Source: a virus
Lineage: Duplodnaviria > Caudoviricetes
Virus record (IMG/VR): IMGVR_UViG_3300044667_000052
Coordinates: 1-34,796 of that record
Length of the DNA stretch: 34,796 nt
Reading direction: 5' to 3' (one strand)
Positions 1-6,817 of this stretch are shown here, one piece after another (within the stretch, counting starts at the first letter, position 1; each line of letters starts with the position of its first letter). The position numbers and the translations under genes are program-made. The notes below the pieces were generated by a model. That model did not search any database. It was not told the DNA's origin and saw only the letters and a list, made by a program, of their open reading frames with translations.

Positions 1-135
1 CTCCTCGCCGCGCTCTCCGCCGCGCTCCTCGCCGCGCTCCACGCCGCGCTCCTCGCCGCGCTCCACGCCGCGCTCCTCGCCGCGCTCCACGCCGCGCTCC
101 TCGCCGCGCTCTCCGCCGCGCTACACGCCGCGCTC
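1..135. repeat. 12-bp tandem repeat, at least 11 units (CTnnnCGCCGCG), encoding S-A-A-(W/R/E/C) on the minus strand
   Basis: Units read directly: ctcctcgccgcg, ctctccgccgcg, ctccacgccgcg, ctacacgccgcg. Confidence 0.95.
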
Positions 136-590
136 GCGTCGTCTCGCGCCGCCTCTAGGGCTGCACGAAGAGAGGGGATCGTCGCGAAGGAAGTGATTTC
201 AGGAAAGGCCGCAAGCGTGTCCGCATGCTTGTCGAGGCCGGCGAGCCTGAGCCACGCTGGCGTGAAAGTGCGGACATACCAATCGGCTGCCATTGTTGCC
301 CGGCGAGCCTCAAGCTCTTTGCTCCCACGCGTGCCGATCAGGCGCGGAATGAAAGGCAGCAAAATCTTGGTACGATCCTCGTCATTCAGACCGTCGTTCC
401 ATGACCGCACGAATGCTGACAGCACAGGGCAGGCGCATTTCGGATTGTCCGACCATCTCTCGCGAGCGACATATGCGACCGCTTCCATCGCGCACATCGC
501 GAAGTCGTCGTTCTTCTGGTGGCTGCCCGACAGGAGCCGGGTGATCTTTGTCAGTCTGGCTTCATCAACCGCGATCTGCGTGCCGGTCAT
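1..590 (-). CDS. Early leftward phage protein with C-terminal SAAx tetrapeptide repeats; 3' end runs off the window edge
   Basis: Not in the ORF track. ATG at 590 with GGGGAG upstream. Open frame MTGTQIAVDEARLTKITRLLSGSHQKNDDFAMCAMEAVAYVARERWSDNPKCACPVLSAFVRSWND...SAACSAAESAARSAAW... with no stop before position 1. First gene downstream of PL. Confidence 0.85.
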   Translation of the reverse strand, partial: MTGTQIAVDEARLTKITRLLSGSHQKNDDFAMCAMEAVAYVARERWSDNPKCACPVLSAFVRSWNDGLNDEDRTKILLPFIPRLIGTRGSKELEARRATMAADWYVRTFTPAWLRLAGLDKHADTLAAFPEITSFATIPSLRAALEAARDDASAACSAAESAARSAAWSAARSAAWSAARSAAWSAARSAAESAAR

Positions 591-619
591 CTGCTGTGCT
601 CCCCGATTTGATGGAAACC

Positions 620-672
620 ACGTTGCCAGATTGGAAACGGTGCGTCAACAGGAAAGTTTCCAAATTGGAAAC
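620..672 (-). promoter_or_regulatory. PL promoter with two 17-bp operators (OL)
   Basis: Minus-strand TTGACG (648-643), 17 bp, CAACGT (625-620). Near-palindromes gttgccagattggaaac (622-638) and gtttccaaattggaaac (656-672). Confidence 0.85.
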
Positions 673-773
673 GAGTTTTTCACAGGCAATTTCCGCAACG
701 AAAACGGGGCTTTACTGTTAGTTGAAACGTTGGTTCGATCTCAACCGCCCATTCCGGGCGGGAGGAAATGGCA

Positions 774-1028
774 ATGACCAAGTGGATTTTGGCTGCGATG
801 CTGGCCGCGATCGCGTCGGGCGCGCAGGCCCAATATTACGGGACCGGCTCGAACTCACAGAGCCATAGCGTACAGGGCTACATCCGAAACAACAGCAACG
901 GGACGAGCACCTACGTCCAGCCGTCCTATGCGACCAACCCCAATAACACGCAGATGGACAACTATTCGACCAGGGGGAACTACAATCCCTATACCGGTTC
1001 ATATGGAACGCGGCGCCCAAGGTACTAG
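774..1028 (+). CDS. Small secreted protein (signal peptide; Tyr/Asn/Ser/Thr-rich)
   Basis: GGAGG at 761-765 is 8 nt from ATG 774. N-terminus MTKWILAAMLAAIASGAQA looks like a Sec signal with an AQA cleavage site. Confidence 0.8.
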   Translation: MTKWILAAMLAAIASGAQAQYYGTGSNSQSHSVQGYIRNNSNGTSTYVQPSYATNPNNTQMDNYSTRGNYNPYTGSYGTRRPRY

Positions 1029-1053
1029 ATTCAAATCGTTAGGAGCGGCCCCG

Positions 1054-1191
1054 ATGTTTTTGGTTCAAACGGCGCACGCAAAGCGAAGGCGCAAATACTC
1101 AATCCTGATGATATTTGTTCTTCTTCTTACCGGTTCGTTGGGGCCGCTCCTGACTCTTCATTTGGAAGTTATGCCGCCAAAGAGGAAATAG
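1054..1191 (+). CDS. Putative 45-aa single-pass membrane peptide
   Basis: AGGAG at 1041-1045, 8 nt before ATG 1054. MFLVQTAHAKRRRKYSILMIFVLLLTGSLGPLLTLHLEVMPPKRK is a basic cluster followed by a hydrophobic helix. Confidence 0.5.
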   Translation: MFLVQTAHAKRRRKYSILMIFVLLLTGSLGPLLTLHLEVMPPKRK

Positions 1192-1199
1192 AGCCTCCG

Positions 1200-1523
1200 T
1201 CACGATGCCTTGCCTAGCATGCGCTTGAGCACGTCGGCAGCCATCTGCCGCTGCTCGAGCGTGGCGTTTTCGGCGATGGCATCCAAGCTTTCAACACCCG
1301 GCGGGAAATTGAGCTGAGCCCGGCTGATCCCGAGGGCATCGGCAAATTGCTGGATTTTGCCTTCATCCAGCCGATGCTGTTCCTTGTACCGCTTCCAGAC
1401 CGTGCTACGCGACGCCACGCCCAAGCGGCCGGCCATGTCGTCCGCCGAAACGCCGAGGTGTTCCATCCACTCGCGGATATAGAGGTGGGGGCGAGCGCCC
1501 TTCCGGATTCGTGTCGTCGCCAT
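1200..1523 (-). CDS. CI-like XRE/HTH repressor, 107 aa, no S24 peptidase domain
   Basis: HTH region (YIREWMEHLGVSADDMAGRLGVASRSTVWK). Divergent from cro across the operator pair. Likely ATG at 1523 lies 7 nt below a TATTGT -10. Confidence 0.85.
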   Translation of the reverse strand: MATTRIRKGARPHLYIREWMEHLGVSADDMAGRLGVASRSTVWKRYKEQHRLDEGKIQQFADALGISRAQLNFPPGVESLDAIAENATLEQRQMAADVLKRMLGKAS

Positions 1524-1611
1524 GCTGGAAACAATACCGCTCATGAGGGGCGACGTCGGTATCCAAGTTGGCAACTTCGGGGTTGACAGTCCGTTTCCAA
1601 TTTGGCAACGT
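1516..1611. promoter_or_regulatory. PR/PRM divergent promoters with OR operators
   Basis: TTGACA (1583-1588), 17 bp, CAACGT (1606-1611). Operators gtatccaagttggcaac (1559-1575), gtttccaatttggcaac (1593-1609) and a degenerate gtcgccatgctggaaac (1516-1532). Same layout as PL. Confidence 0.85.
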
Positions 1612-1618
1612 TCGCGCC

Positions 1619-1843
1619 ATGAACGCCGTTTCAGAGCGACTCCAGCAATATCGGAAAAACGAGGGCCTCACTCGGACGCAGGCTGCGGCCAAGGTCGAGG
1701 TTTCTCGTAGCACTTGGTTCCGCTGGGAGAGCGGTGTTCGAAGGATCGACGGAGAGAAGTTGCAGAAAGTCGCAGAAGTCACGGGCATCCCGGCCAAGGA
1801 ATTGCGCCCTGATCTCGCGAAACTCGTTAACGAGGCGTCGTGA
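1619..1843 (+). CDS. Cro-like HTH regulator
   Basis: HTH_3-type pattern RLQQYRKNEGLTRTQAAAKVEVSRSTWFRWESG and C-terminal LRPDL. First gene from PR. Confidence 0.88.
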   Translation: MNAVSERLQQYRKNEGLTRTQAAAKVEVSRSTWFRWESGVRRIDGEKLQKVAEVTGIPAKELRPDLAKLVNEAS

Positions 1844-1851
1844 TGGACGCC

Positions 1852-2118
1852 CTAGCTCAATCGCTGTTTTCGCCGGATTGGAATGCTGGCAAGCATTGGC
1901 GAGCCCTGCAGGAAGGTTTCGAACTCTTCCTTCGCGTCTTTGGCGTCGCTCAACAGCATCGCAAAGCGATCGACCATCACTTTGACGCGCCGGCCCTCGA
2001 CGCGCTTCCAGCGGAATACGGCGAACGTCAGAATGCCTTTGTTGATCTCGTAATCGCCAAAACCCTCTACGAATTTTTCTTCGAGGGCGTACGGCTCCAG
2101 CATTTCCCCATTTTGCAT
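1852..2118 (-). CDS. Hypothetical protein
   Basis: Globular-looking ORF (MQNGEMLEPYALEEKFVEGFGDYEINKG...) convergent with cro. Start uncertain. Confidence 0.55.
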   Translation of the reverse strand: MQNGEMLEPYALEEKFVEGFGDYEINKGILTFAVFRWKRVEGRRVKVMVDRFAMLLSDAKDAKEEFETFLQGSPMLASIPIRRKQRLS

Positions 2119-2588
2119 TTTTCTTGCCCCACTGCCTGCACGAGCAGCAATCCTGACACCAAGCTGACAAGGGGCAAGACTCAATTTCGCGTTTCGCGCG
2201 AGTTATCAAAAAGCGTTGCAGATAAGTCGCATGTTCCGATGCGGAAACTTGTCTGCGTCGCATCCTGCAACAATCGATATTCGGAAAATCGCTTTGTACG
2301 GAGCGCATAAATGAGCGTTCATCTTGCAGAGGCAATTCGTCGTCGGCGCAATCTTCAACGTCGCGTCTATGCCACGTTCATTACGGTCTGGGTATTCGCG
2401 CTCGGCTTCTCTTTTTTCGCGGCGCAGGTGCCGCAATGACATCGGCCGACCAGATAGCGATGGGGGCAGTATCGCCATCCAGCCGGCCGCAAGACGCAAC
2501 TACGCGCGTCTATGGTTATTCAGCTTGCCAGCCCGTGTTGGGCGCCGGTCTGCGCAGTGTGCCGGTGCAAGAAAGACTGCGCGCCTTT

Positions 2589-2777
2589 TCACGCCACGTC
2601 ATCGACGGGCTTGTGATCGGTTTCCTCGCATCGCTCGTTCTCCTGCCGATCATCCAGCTTCTGATCATCGCGTATTTGTTGCTTTAGTCTGAGTTTGTTG
2701 AGGATCAGCGCCGCTGCCAAGCCAATGCTGATCGCTTCACTTGGTGTGTTGTCGTTCGCGTAACCGAGTTTCTTCAT
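2589..2777 (-). CDS. Possible small hypothetical protein (MKKLGYANDN...)
   Basis: ATG at 2777, in frame with track ORF 2589..2948. Competes with the overlapping plus-strand ORF 2436..2687. Confidence 0.3.
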   Translation of the reverse strand: MKKLGYANDNTPSEAISIGLAAALILNKLRLKQQIRDDQKLDDRQENERCEETDHKPVDDVA

Positions 2778-2808
2778 GCCTGCGTATTTGGAGCATGGAG
2801 GTTCCGAA

Positions 2809-3195
2809 GTGTCGGAAAAGTTGGACGGAAAACGGAAAATGCCTGCTGTGAACTGGTCCGAAGAGATCGGAATTATCGCGGGGCCCATGCTGCCGAGCGA
2901 CACGCGCGAGAGTTGGTTAGCGCGTGCCGCTCGGAAAGCCGGCATCACGTTCCGTCAGGCGAAGGCGCTTCGCTATGGCGAGACGAAAGACCCAAAGCAC
3001 AGCGTGGCCGTAAGCGTACTGAGCGCTGCGGATCAGGCGAGGATGGATCAGGCGAGACGTGATGTTCAATCTGTTGCTGAAATTTACCGATCGCATGCGG
3101 CCTCACTTGAGCGCATCGACGCGGATTTTCATCGCGAACAGATTAATGCGCTCGTCAATGCGGCGCGCATTATTGGCGCGAAGGATAGCACCTGA
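2809..3195 (+). CDS. CII-position HTH-like regulator
   Basis: GGAGG before GTG 2809. Helical HTH-like segment SWLARAARKAGITFRQAKALRYGE. Lies downstream of cro. Confidence 0.7.
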   Translation: MSEKLDGKRKMPAVNWSEEIGIIAGPMLPSDTRESWLARAARKAGITFRQAKALRYGETKDPKHSVAVSVLSAADQARMDQARRDVQSVAEIYRSHAASLERIDADFHREQINALVNAARIIGAKDST

Positions 3196-3249
3196 ATTGT
3201 GAAGTCGGCCCAAGCATCACACCGGGCCAATACGGGGGCAGGGGAGGAA

Positions 3250-3861
3250 ATGGACGTGTACACTGACGACTTCCGCTATGAGCGCAACAAGCGCGCATGC
3301 GATGCGTTGCTGGACCTGCTGTGCCAGTATCATCCCGAGCAATGCCCGTCTGCCGTTCGTCAACGCAGAGCGGAATCCAAGGTTCAACCTTGCGAGATAA
3401 AAGCTGACGCCGCGCCGATCGAGCCGGAACAACCATCCGAAGACGATCGGATCGCGGAATGGATCGAGCGGCAAAAGCAGCTCAGTCCGGCATGGCGAGC
3501 CTGGAATATGCACGTCGCGCATCCGACTGCGGCGATGATCCAGAACGCGGTTGCCAAGCATTTCAGCGTCAAAAAAATGGACATGCTGTCTGTCCGTCGC
3601 ACCCGAAATGTCGTCGTGCCCCGCATGGTGGCGATCCATCTGACGCGGGAGCTTACGCCCTATTCGCTGCCGGAAATCGGCCGGCGCTACGGCGGTCGGG
3701 ACCACACGACGATTTTGAATTCGCTGAAGATCATGGGCAAGCGGATCGCATCAGATCCAGCATTTGCGTCAGTTGTCGAACAACTCAAGCAGACAATCGA
3801 GAGGGAACACAATGGGCGAGACGCGTCGTCACAAGTACCTGCGCTTGAAGGTCGAGCGTGA
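3250..3861 (+). CDS. Protein with a DnaA C-terminal (domain IV) DNA-binding domain
   Basis: IQNAVAKHF...LSVRRTRNVVVPRMVAIHLTRELTPYSLPEIGRRYGGRDHTTI matches the DnaA domain-IV signature. No AAA+ motifs. GGAGG upstream. Confidence 0.9.
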   Translation: MDVYTDDFRYERNKRACDALLDLLCQYHPEQCPSAVRQRRAESKVQPCEIKADAAPIEPEQPSEDDRIAEWIERQKQLSPAWRAWNMHVAHPTAAMIQNAVAKHFSVKKMDMLSVRRTRNVVVPRMVAIHLTRELTPYSLPEIGRRYGGRDHTTILNSLKIMGKRIASDPAFASVVEQLKQTIEREHNGRDASSQVPALEGRA

Positions 3862-3973
3862 GAAGGCGATCCGTTCCAAATCCAAGCGCGCTCACATCGA
3901 TGCTGAACTGGTCAAGGTCATGACCAATCAGTTGAGGGCTGAAATCAGGGAAGATCGGAAGAGGGCGGCGTGA
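3812..3973 (+). CDS. Small basic hypothetical protein
   Basis: GAGG/GGA before ATG 3812. GTGA overlap with the next gene. Confidence 0.6.
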   Translation: MGETRRHKYLRLKVEREKAIRSKSKRAHIDAELVKVMTNQLRAEIREDRKRAA

Positions 3974-4152
3974 ACGACGATCTTTCGCGGTATTTGGCCG
4001 AGCACTACGGCTCTTGCGAGCGCGATCGCCCCGCTCGGAACGACTGTTATTGGGGGCGTGGGAACTGGAACGGCTGTCTGCGTATCGGTTGGCGCGGAAT
4101 AGATTGCCCGCACTGGCGACCAGCGGAGATTAATAGGGCGGCATTCACATGA
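3970..4152 (+). CDS. Small Cys/Trp-rich hypothetical protein
   Basis: Start and stop codons overlap neighbours on both sides. Four Cys. Confidence 0.55.
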   Translation: MNDDLSRYLAEHYGSCERDRPARNDCYWGRGNWNGCLRIGWRGIDCPHWRPAEINRAAFT

Positions 4153-4541
4153 CCGTCCATACCCGCTTTGACATGCGCGGGCTGGGTCGCCTCCCAGCCG
4201 GCAAGATGAACAAGACAGAGGCGCAGTACGCACAGCACCTGGCCTTGCGCCAGCGTGACGGCGACGTGCTCTGGTACAAATTCGAGGGCATCAAGCTTCG
4301 GCTGGCTGACAACACGTTCTACTCGCCCGACTTTGCATTGATGCGCTTCAATGGCGAGATCGAGCTTCATGAGGTCAAGGGCTTCATGATGGAAGACGCG
4401 AACGTAAAGATCAAAGTCGCCGCCGAGCAGTATCCGTTTCAATTCTACATCGTCCGCAAGTCCAAAGTTGGCTGGACGATGACTGCTGTACCTAACCGCG
4501 TTCCATCCACATCGGAGAGCGCGGAGGGCGCGGGAATATGA
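4149..4541 (+). CDS. PD-(D/E)XK nuclease (DUF1064-like, resolvase-like)
   Basis: YSPDF...ELHEVKG catalytic pattern. ATGA overlaps on both sides. Confidence 0.8.
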   Translation: MTVHTRFDMRGLGRLPAGKMNKTEAQYAQHLALRQRDGDVLWYKFEGIKLRLADNTFYSPDFALMRFNGEIELHEVKGFMMEDANVKIKVAAEQYPFQFYIVRKSKVGWTMTAVPNRVPSTSESAEGAGI

Positions 4542-5149
4542 ACCGCCCCTGGATGCCACTCTACGTCGGCGACTACCTCGGCGACACCGGTCATCTGACC
4601 ACGACTCAGCACGGCGCGTATCTGCTTCTTATGATGCACTACTGGCGCAAGGGCGAGTTGCCGGACGACGACACGCAGCTAGCCAAGATCACGCGCCTTC
4701 CGCTCAAGCTTTGGCAGGACTATCGACCAATCCTGCAGGGCTTCTTTTACGATGGCTGGAAGCACAAGCGGATCGACAAAGAGTTGCGGAAGATGATGGA
4801 GGTCTCCGAAAAGAGGTCGAAGGCCGGACAGCTCGGCGGCATCGGCTCCGCTCTCTCAAAAATGAAAAACGAGGCTAAGTCCTTATCCAAACACGCCTTG
4901 AGTCAAGCAAATGCTAAGCAAGTGGTAAGCAAAGCTCAAGCAAACGTCGACCACTCACACTCACAAGAAAAAATAAAAAGCGAGGAAGTCTCTTCAGGCG
5001 GCTCGCTCGCTACGGCGCCTTTGGAGGGCGCGCGTCGCTCGCCGCCTTACGAGAGACCGAAGGGGTCTCCAACATGGACTGCGGATGCGCTTCGGGAGCA
5101 TTACGCGCGTTCAACTCTTGGCTTCCGCCCGAAAACAGGAACTCACTGA
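4538..5149 (+). CDS. Replication initiator, DUF1376/YdaU family
   Basis: N-terminus PWMPLYVGDYLGDTGHLTTTQHGAYLLLMMHYW...GELPDDD is typical of the family. Contains internal iterons. Confidence 0.88.
   Translation: MNRPWMPLYVGDYLGDTGHLTTTQHGAYLLLMMHYWRKGELPDDDTQLAKITRLPLKLWQDYRPILQGFFYDGWKHKRIDKELRKMMEVSEKRSKAGQLGGIGSALSKMKNEAKSLSKHALSQANAKQVVSKAQANVDHSHSQEKIKSEEVSSGGSLATAPLEGARRSPPYERPKGSPTWTADALREHYARSTLGFRPKTGTH
4883..4980. promoter_or_regulatory. Putative replication origin: four AAGCAA iterons at 11-bp period, a DnaA-box-like site and an A-rich tract
   Basis: AAGCAA at 4905, 4916, 4927, 4938. TTATCCAAA at 4883-4891. caagaaaaaataaaaag at about 4964-4980. Located inside the initiator gene, as in lambdoid phages. 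Confidence 0.7.
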
Positions 5150-5168
5150 ATTGAAACGGAGCCGCCGG

Positions 5169-5735
5169 ATGCCTGCAGCGCAGGTCCACGACAGACGCTC
5201 AACCGATACCTTGGCGGCAGGGCAGTATGCGCCGATCGAGGTCCAAGACCCGTATGCGCCGGATGAGAAAATCACGGTGCTCCGGCAATTGAGGTCGGAT
5301 CCATTGGCGAGGCTCCACGCCGGCAGCCACATCGATGACGCGCAATACATGGCGGGCCGCTCCTATCAGCGCGATTGGGAGCTCGCCGAGCGCGGAGCAA
5401 GGGCCATCGACCCGACGAAGGAGGCAGTTGACGGCGGACAACTGCCAGAACCCCTCTCAGACTCGCAGGCGGCAGCCAGGATGCGTTTGATTGGCGTCAA
5501 GGCATCGCTAGGCCGCAAGATGCATGCTGTCGCTCACGCCTTTCTTATCGACGGGGGGACAACCGAGCAAATCGGGAGGGCGGAGGATCGCAGCGGTCAC
5601 CGCTGGGCGAACTATTACGGCAAGATGCTGCGGGACGCATTGGACACATTGGCTGTGGAATATGGATTTGCGAGCGAAAAATCTGGCTTGGTTGTCAAGC
5701 AAATCAATCGTTATAGCTACGATAGGCGCTCATGA
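5169..5735 (+). CDS. Putative late-gene regulator (DUF6456-like, Q position)
   Basis: DPLARLH...IDDAQYMAG...AIDPTKEAVDGG...LRDALDTLAVEYG pattern. Last large gene of the early operon. Confidence 0.65.
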   Translation: MPAAQVHDRRSTDTLAAGQYAPIEVQDPYAPDEKITVLRQLRSDPLARLHAGSHIDDAQYMAGRSYQRDWELAERGARAIDPTKEAVDGGQLPEPLSDSQAAARMRLIGVKASLGRKMHAVAHAFLIDGGTTEQIGRAEDRSGHRWANYYGKMLRDALDTLAVEYGFASEKSGLVVKQINRYSYDRRS

Positions 5736-5917
5736 TGGATATCATCGCAAAGCTCCGCGATCATTCCAGCTTCAATTCAGTCTCGGAACGCTCAATGCTG
5801 CGCGAAGAAGCAGCACTGAGAATTGAGCAGCTTGAGAGCTATAAGCTCGCACTGGAAGAACAGATCGCAAGGATGACTGCGGGTGAGTTTGTAGCGCCGG
5901 CGAGTGACGCTGCGTGA
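5732..5917 (+). CDS. Small coiled-coil hypothetical protein
   Basis: ATGA overlap. DIIAKLR...EEAALRIEQLE motif is common in small phage proteins. Confidence 0.65.
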   Translation: MMDIIAKLRDHSSFNSVSERSMLREEAALRIEQLESYKLALEEQIARMTAGEFVAPASDAA

Positions 5918-6006
5918 TGAAATTCGGGGAATTATATACTTGACAAAAGTCCATCAAGATTTAGAAACCGGCCGACAGGCCGGCGACTACGATGATCTAA
6001 GAGGAC

Positions 6007-6603
6007 TCAGCCATTTTTCGATAGTGGCTGATCCTTTTCGTTGGTTTGCAGTGGTCCGAGGTCAAGCGGTCGTACTTCTGAAAATCGACGACGAAGCCCA
6101 AGAAAGTCGGGGCGCAACTCCACAATGACGCGTCGTAGTATGCGCGGGAGGTCGCCCACGAAAAATTCGACATTTTGGATGTTTCCCTCATAACTGTAGC
6201 GAATCTTTTCGAAGGTTTTGCTCGCTCCGCGTAGTGCAGTAGGAAGATCGCGCGGGACGCGCCTTCCAGTTGTAGCTGCGTCGATCTGATCCCACATTTT
6301 GGCTCGAAACGGGACTACCTCTGCATCCCAGATTTGTTGAATGCGCTTACGCATGGTGGGGGAAACCAGCTTGAACAATTCATCAAGGTGGTGTCCACGC
6401 GGGACGCGGCTAGTTTCAATGCAGATGATGCATTTCAAGAACAACTCTGAGTTCAACGACGACAGTACCACCGGGCATTGGCCGATATCCGCCATCGATT
6501 GAGGGTCTAAATTTAGGTTCCCCAAAATCTGCTCGACGTAGAAAAAACCCATCGCATGGATATAAATCTGTTTCGGGTCGATGTTTTTGAGGAATTTGGT
6601 CAT
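6007..6603 (-). CDS. HEPN-like domain passenger protein
   Basis: SELFLKC...RGHHLDELF...FEKIRYSYE fits the E-x-x-L-K, H-x-L and R-Y motifs of HEPN folds. Lower GC than the flanks. Start at ATG 6603 is inferred. Confidence 0.7.
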   Translation of the reverse strand: MTKFLKNIDPKQIYIHAMGFFYVEQILGNLNLDPQSMADIGQCPVVLSSLNSELFLKCIICIETSRVPRGHHLDELFKLVSPTMRKRIQQIWDAEVVPFRAKMWDQIDAATTGRRVPRDLPTALRGASKTFEKIRYSYEGNIQNVEFFVGDLPRILRRVIVELRPDFLGLRRRFSEVRPLDLGPLQTNEKDQPLSKNG

Positions 6604-6742
6604 GGCCGGCTCGAATAGTGACCTGGATAAAACGAAGCGCCTTATGGGCGCGCTGGTACGCATGAAACCGAAGCCGCATGACGAGATGAAGCTCAGCAAG
6701 AAGCGCTCGGCTCGGAAACCAAAACAGAAGAAGAAGAGTTAG
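6602..6742 (+). CDS. 46-aa basic peptide inside the IS (…RLMGALVRMKPKPHDEMK…)
   Basis: GAGGA upstream of ATG 6602 and TAG at 6740-6742. Convergent on the transposase. Below the ORF-track size cutoff. Confidence 0.6.
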   Translation: MAGSNSDLDKTKRLMGALVRMKPKPHDEMKLSKKRSARKPKQKKKS

Positions 6743-6817
6743 TTGTTCGCTGAACGTTTCGACGAATCAGCGTACTAAGAAGCGGGCCGCCAGCTTCGGA
6801 CTGACGGAGCCGCCCAC

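Noticed and set aside
1-135. CRISPR-like array
   Set aside because: The units are contiguous 12-mers with no spacers and are in frame within a gene.
729-745. T-arm-like hairpin GTTGG-TTCGATC-TCAAC
   Set aside because: No convincing acceptor stem around it; likely coincidence in a promoter region.
193-777. 194-aa plus-strand ORF
   Set aside because: Antisense shadow of the minus-strand gene 1-590, and it runs through the PL/OL region.
1840-2692. Several overlapping ORFs (1631-2335, 1840-2310, 2324-2692, 2436-2687)
   Set aside because: No recognisable motifs or clear SD sequences, and they conflict with each other. I cannot decide which, if any, are real.
5904-6128. 74-aa plus-strand ORF
   Set aside because: It reads across the IS terminal repeat and is antisense to the cargo gene, so it is probably a junction artefact.
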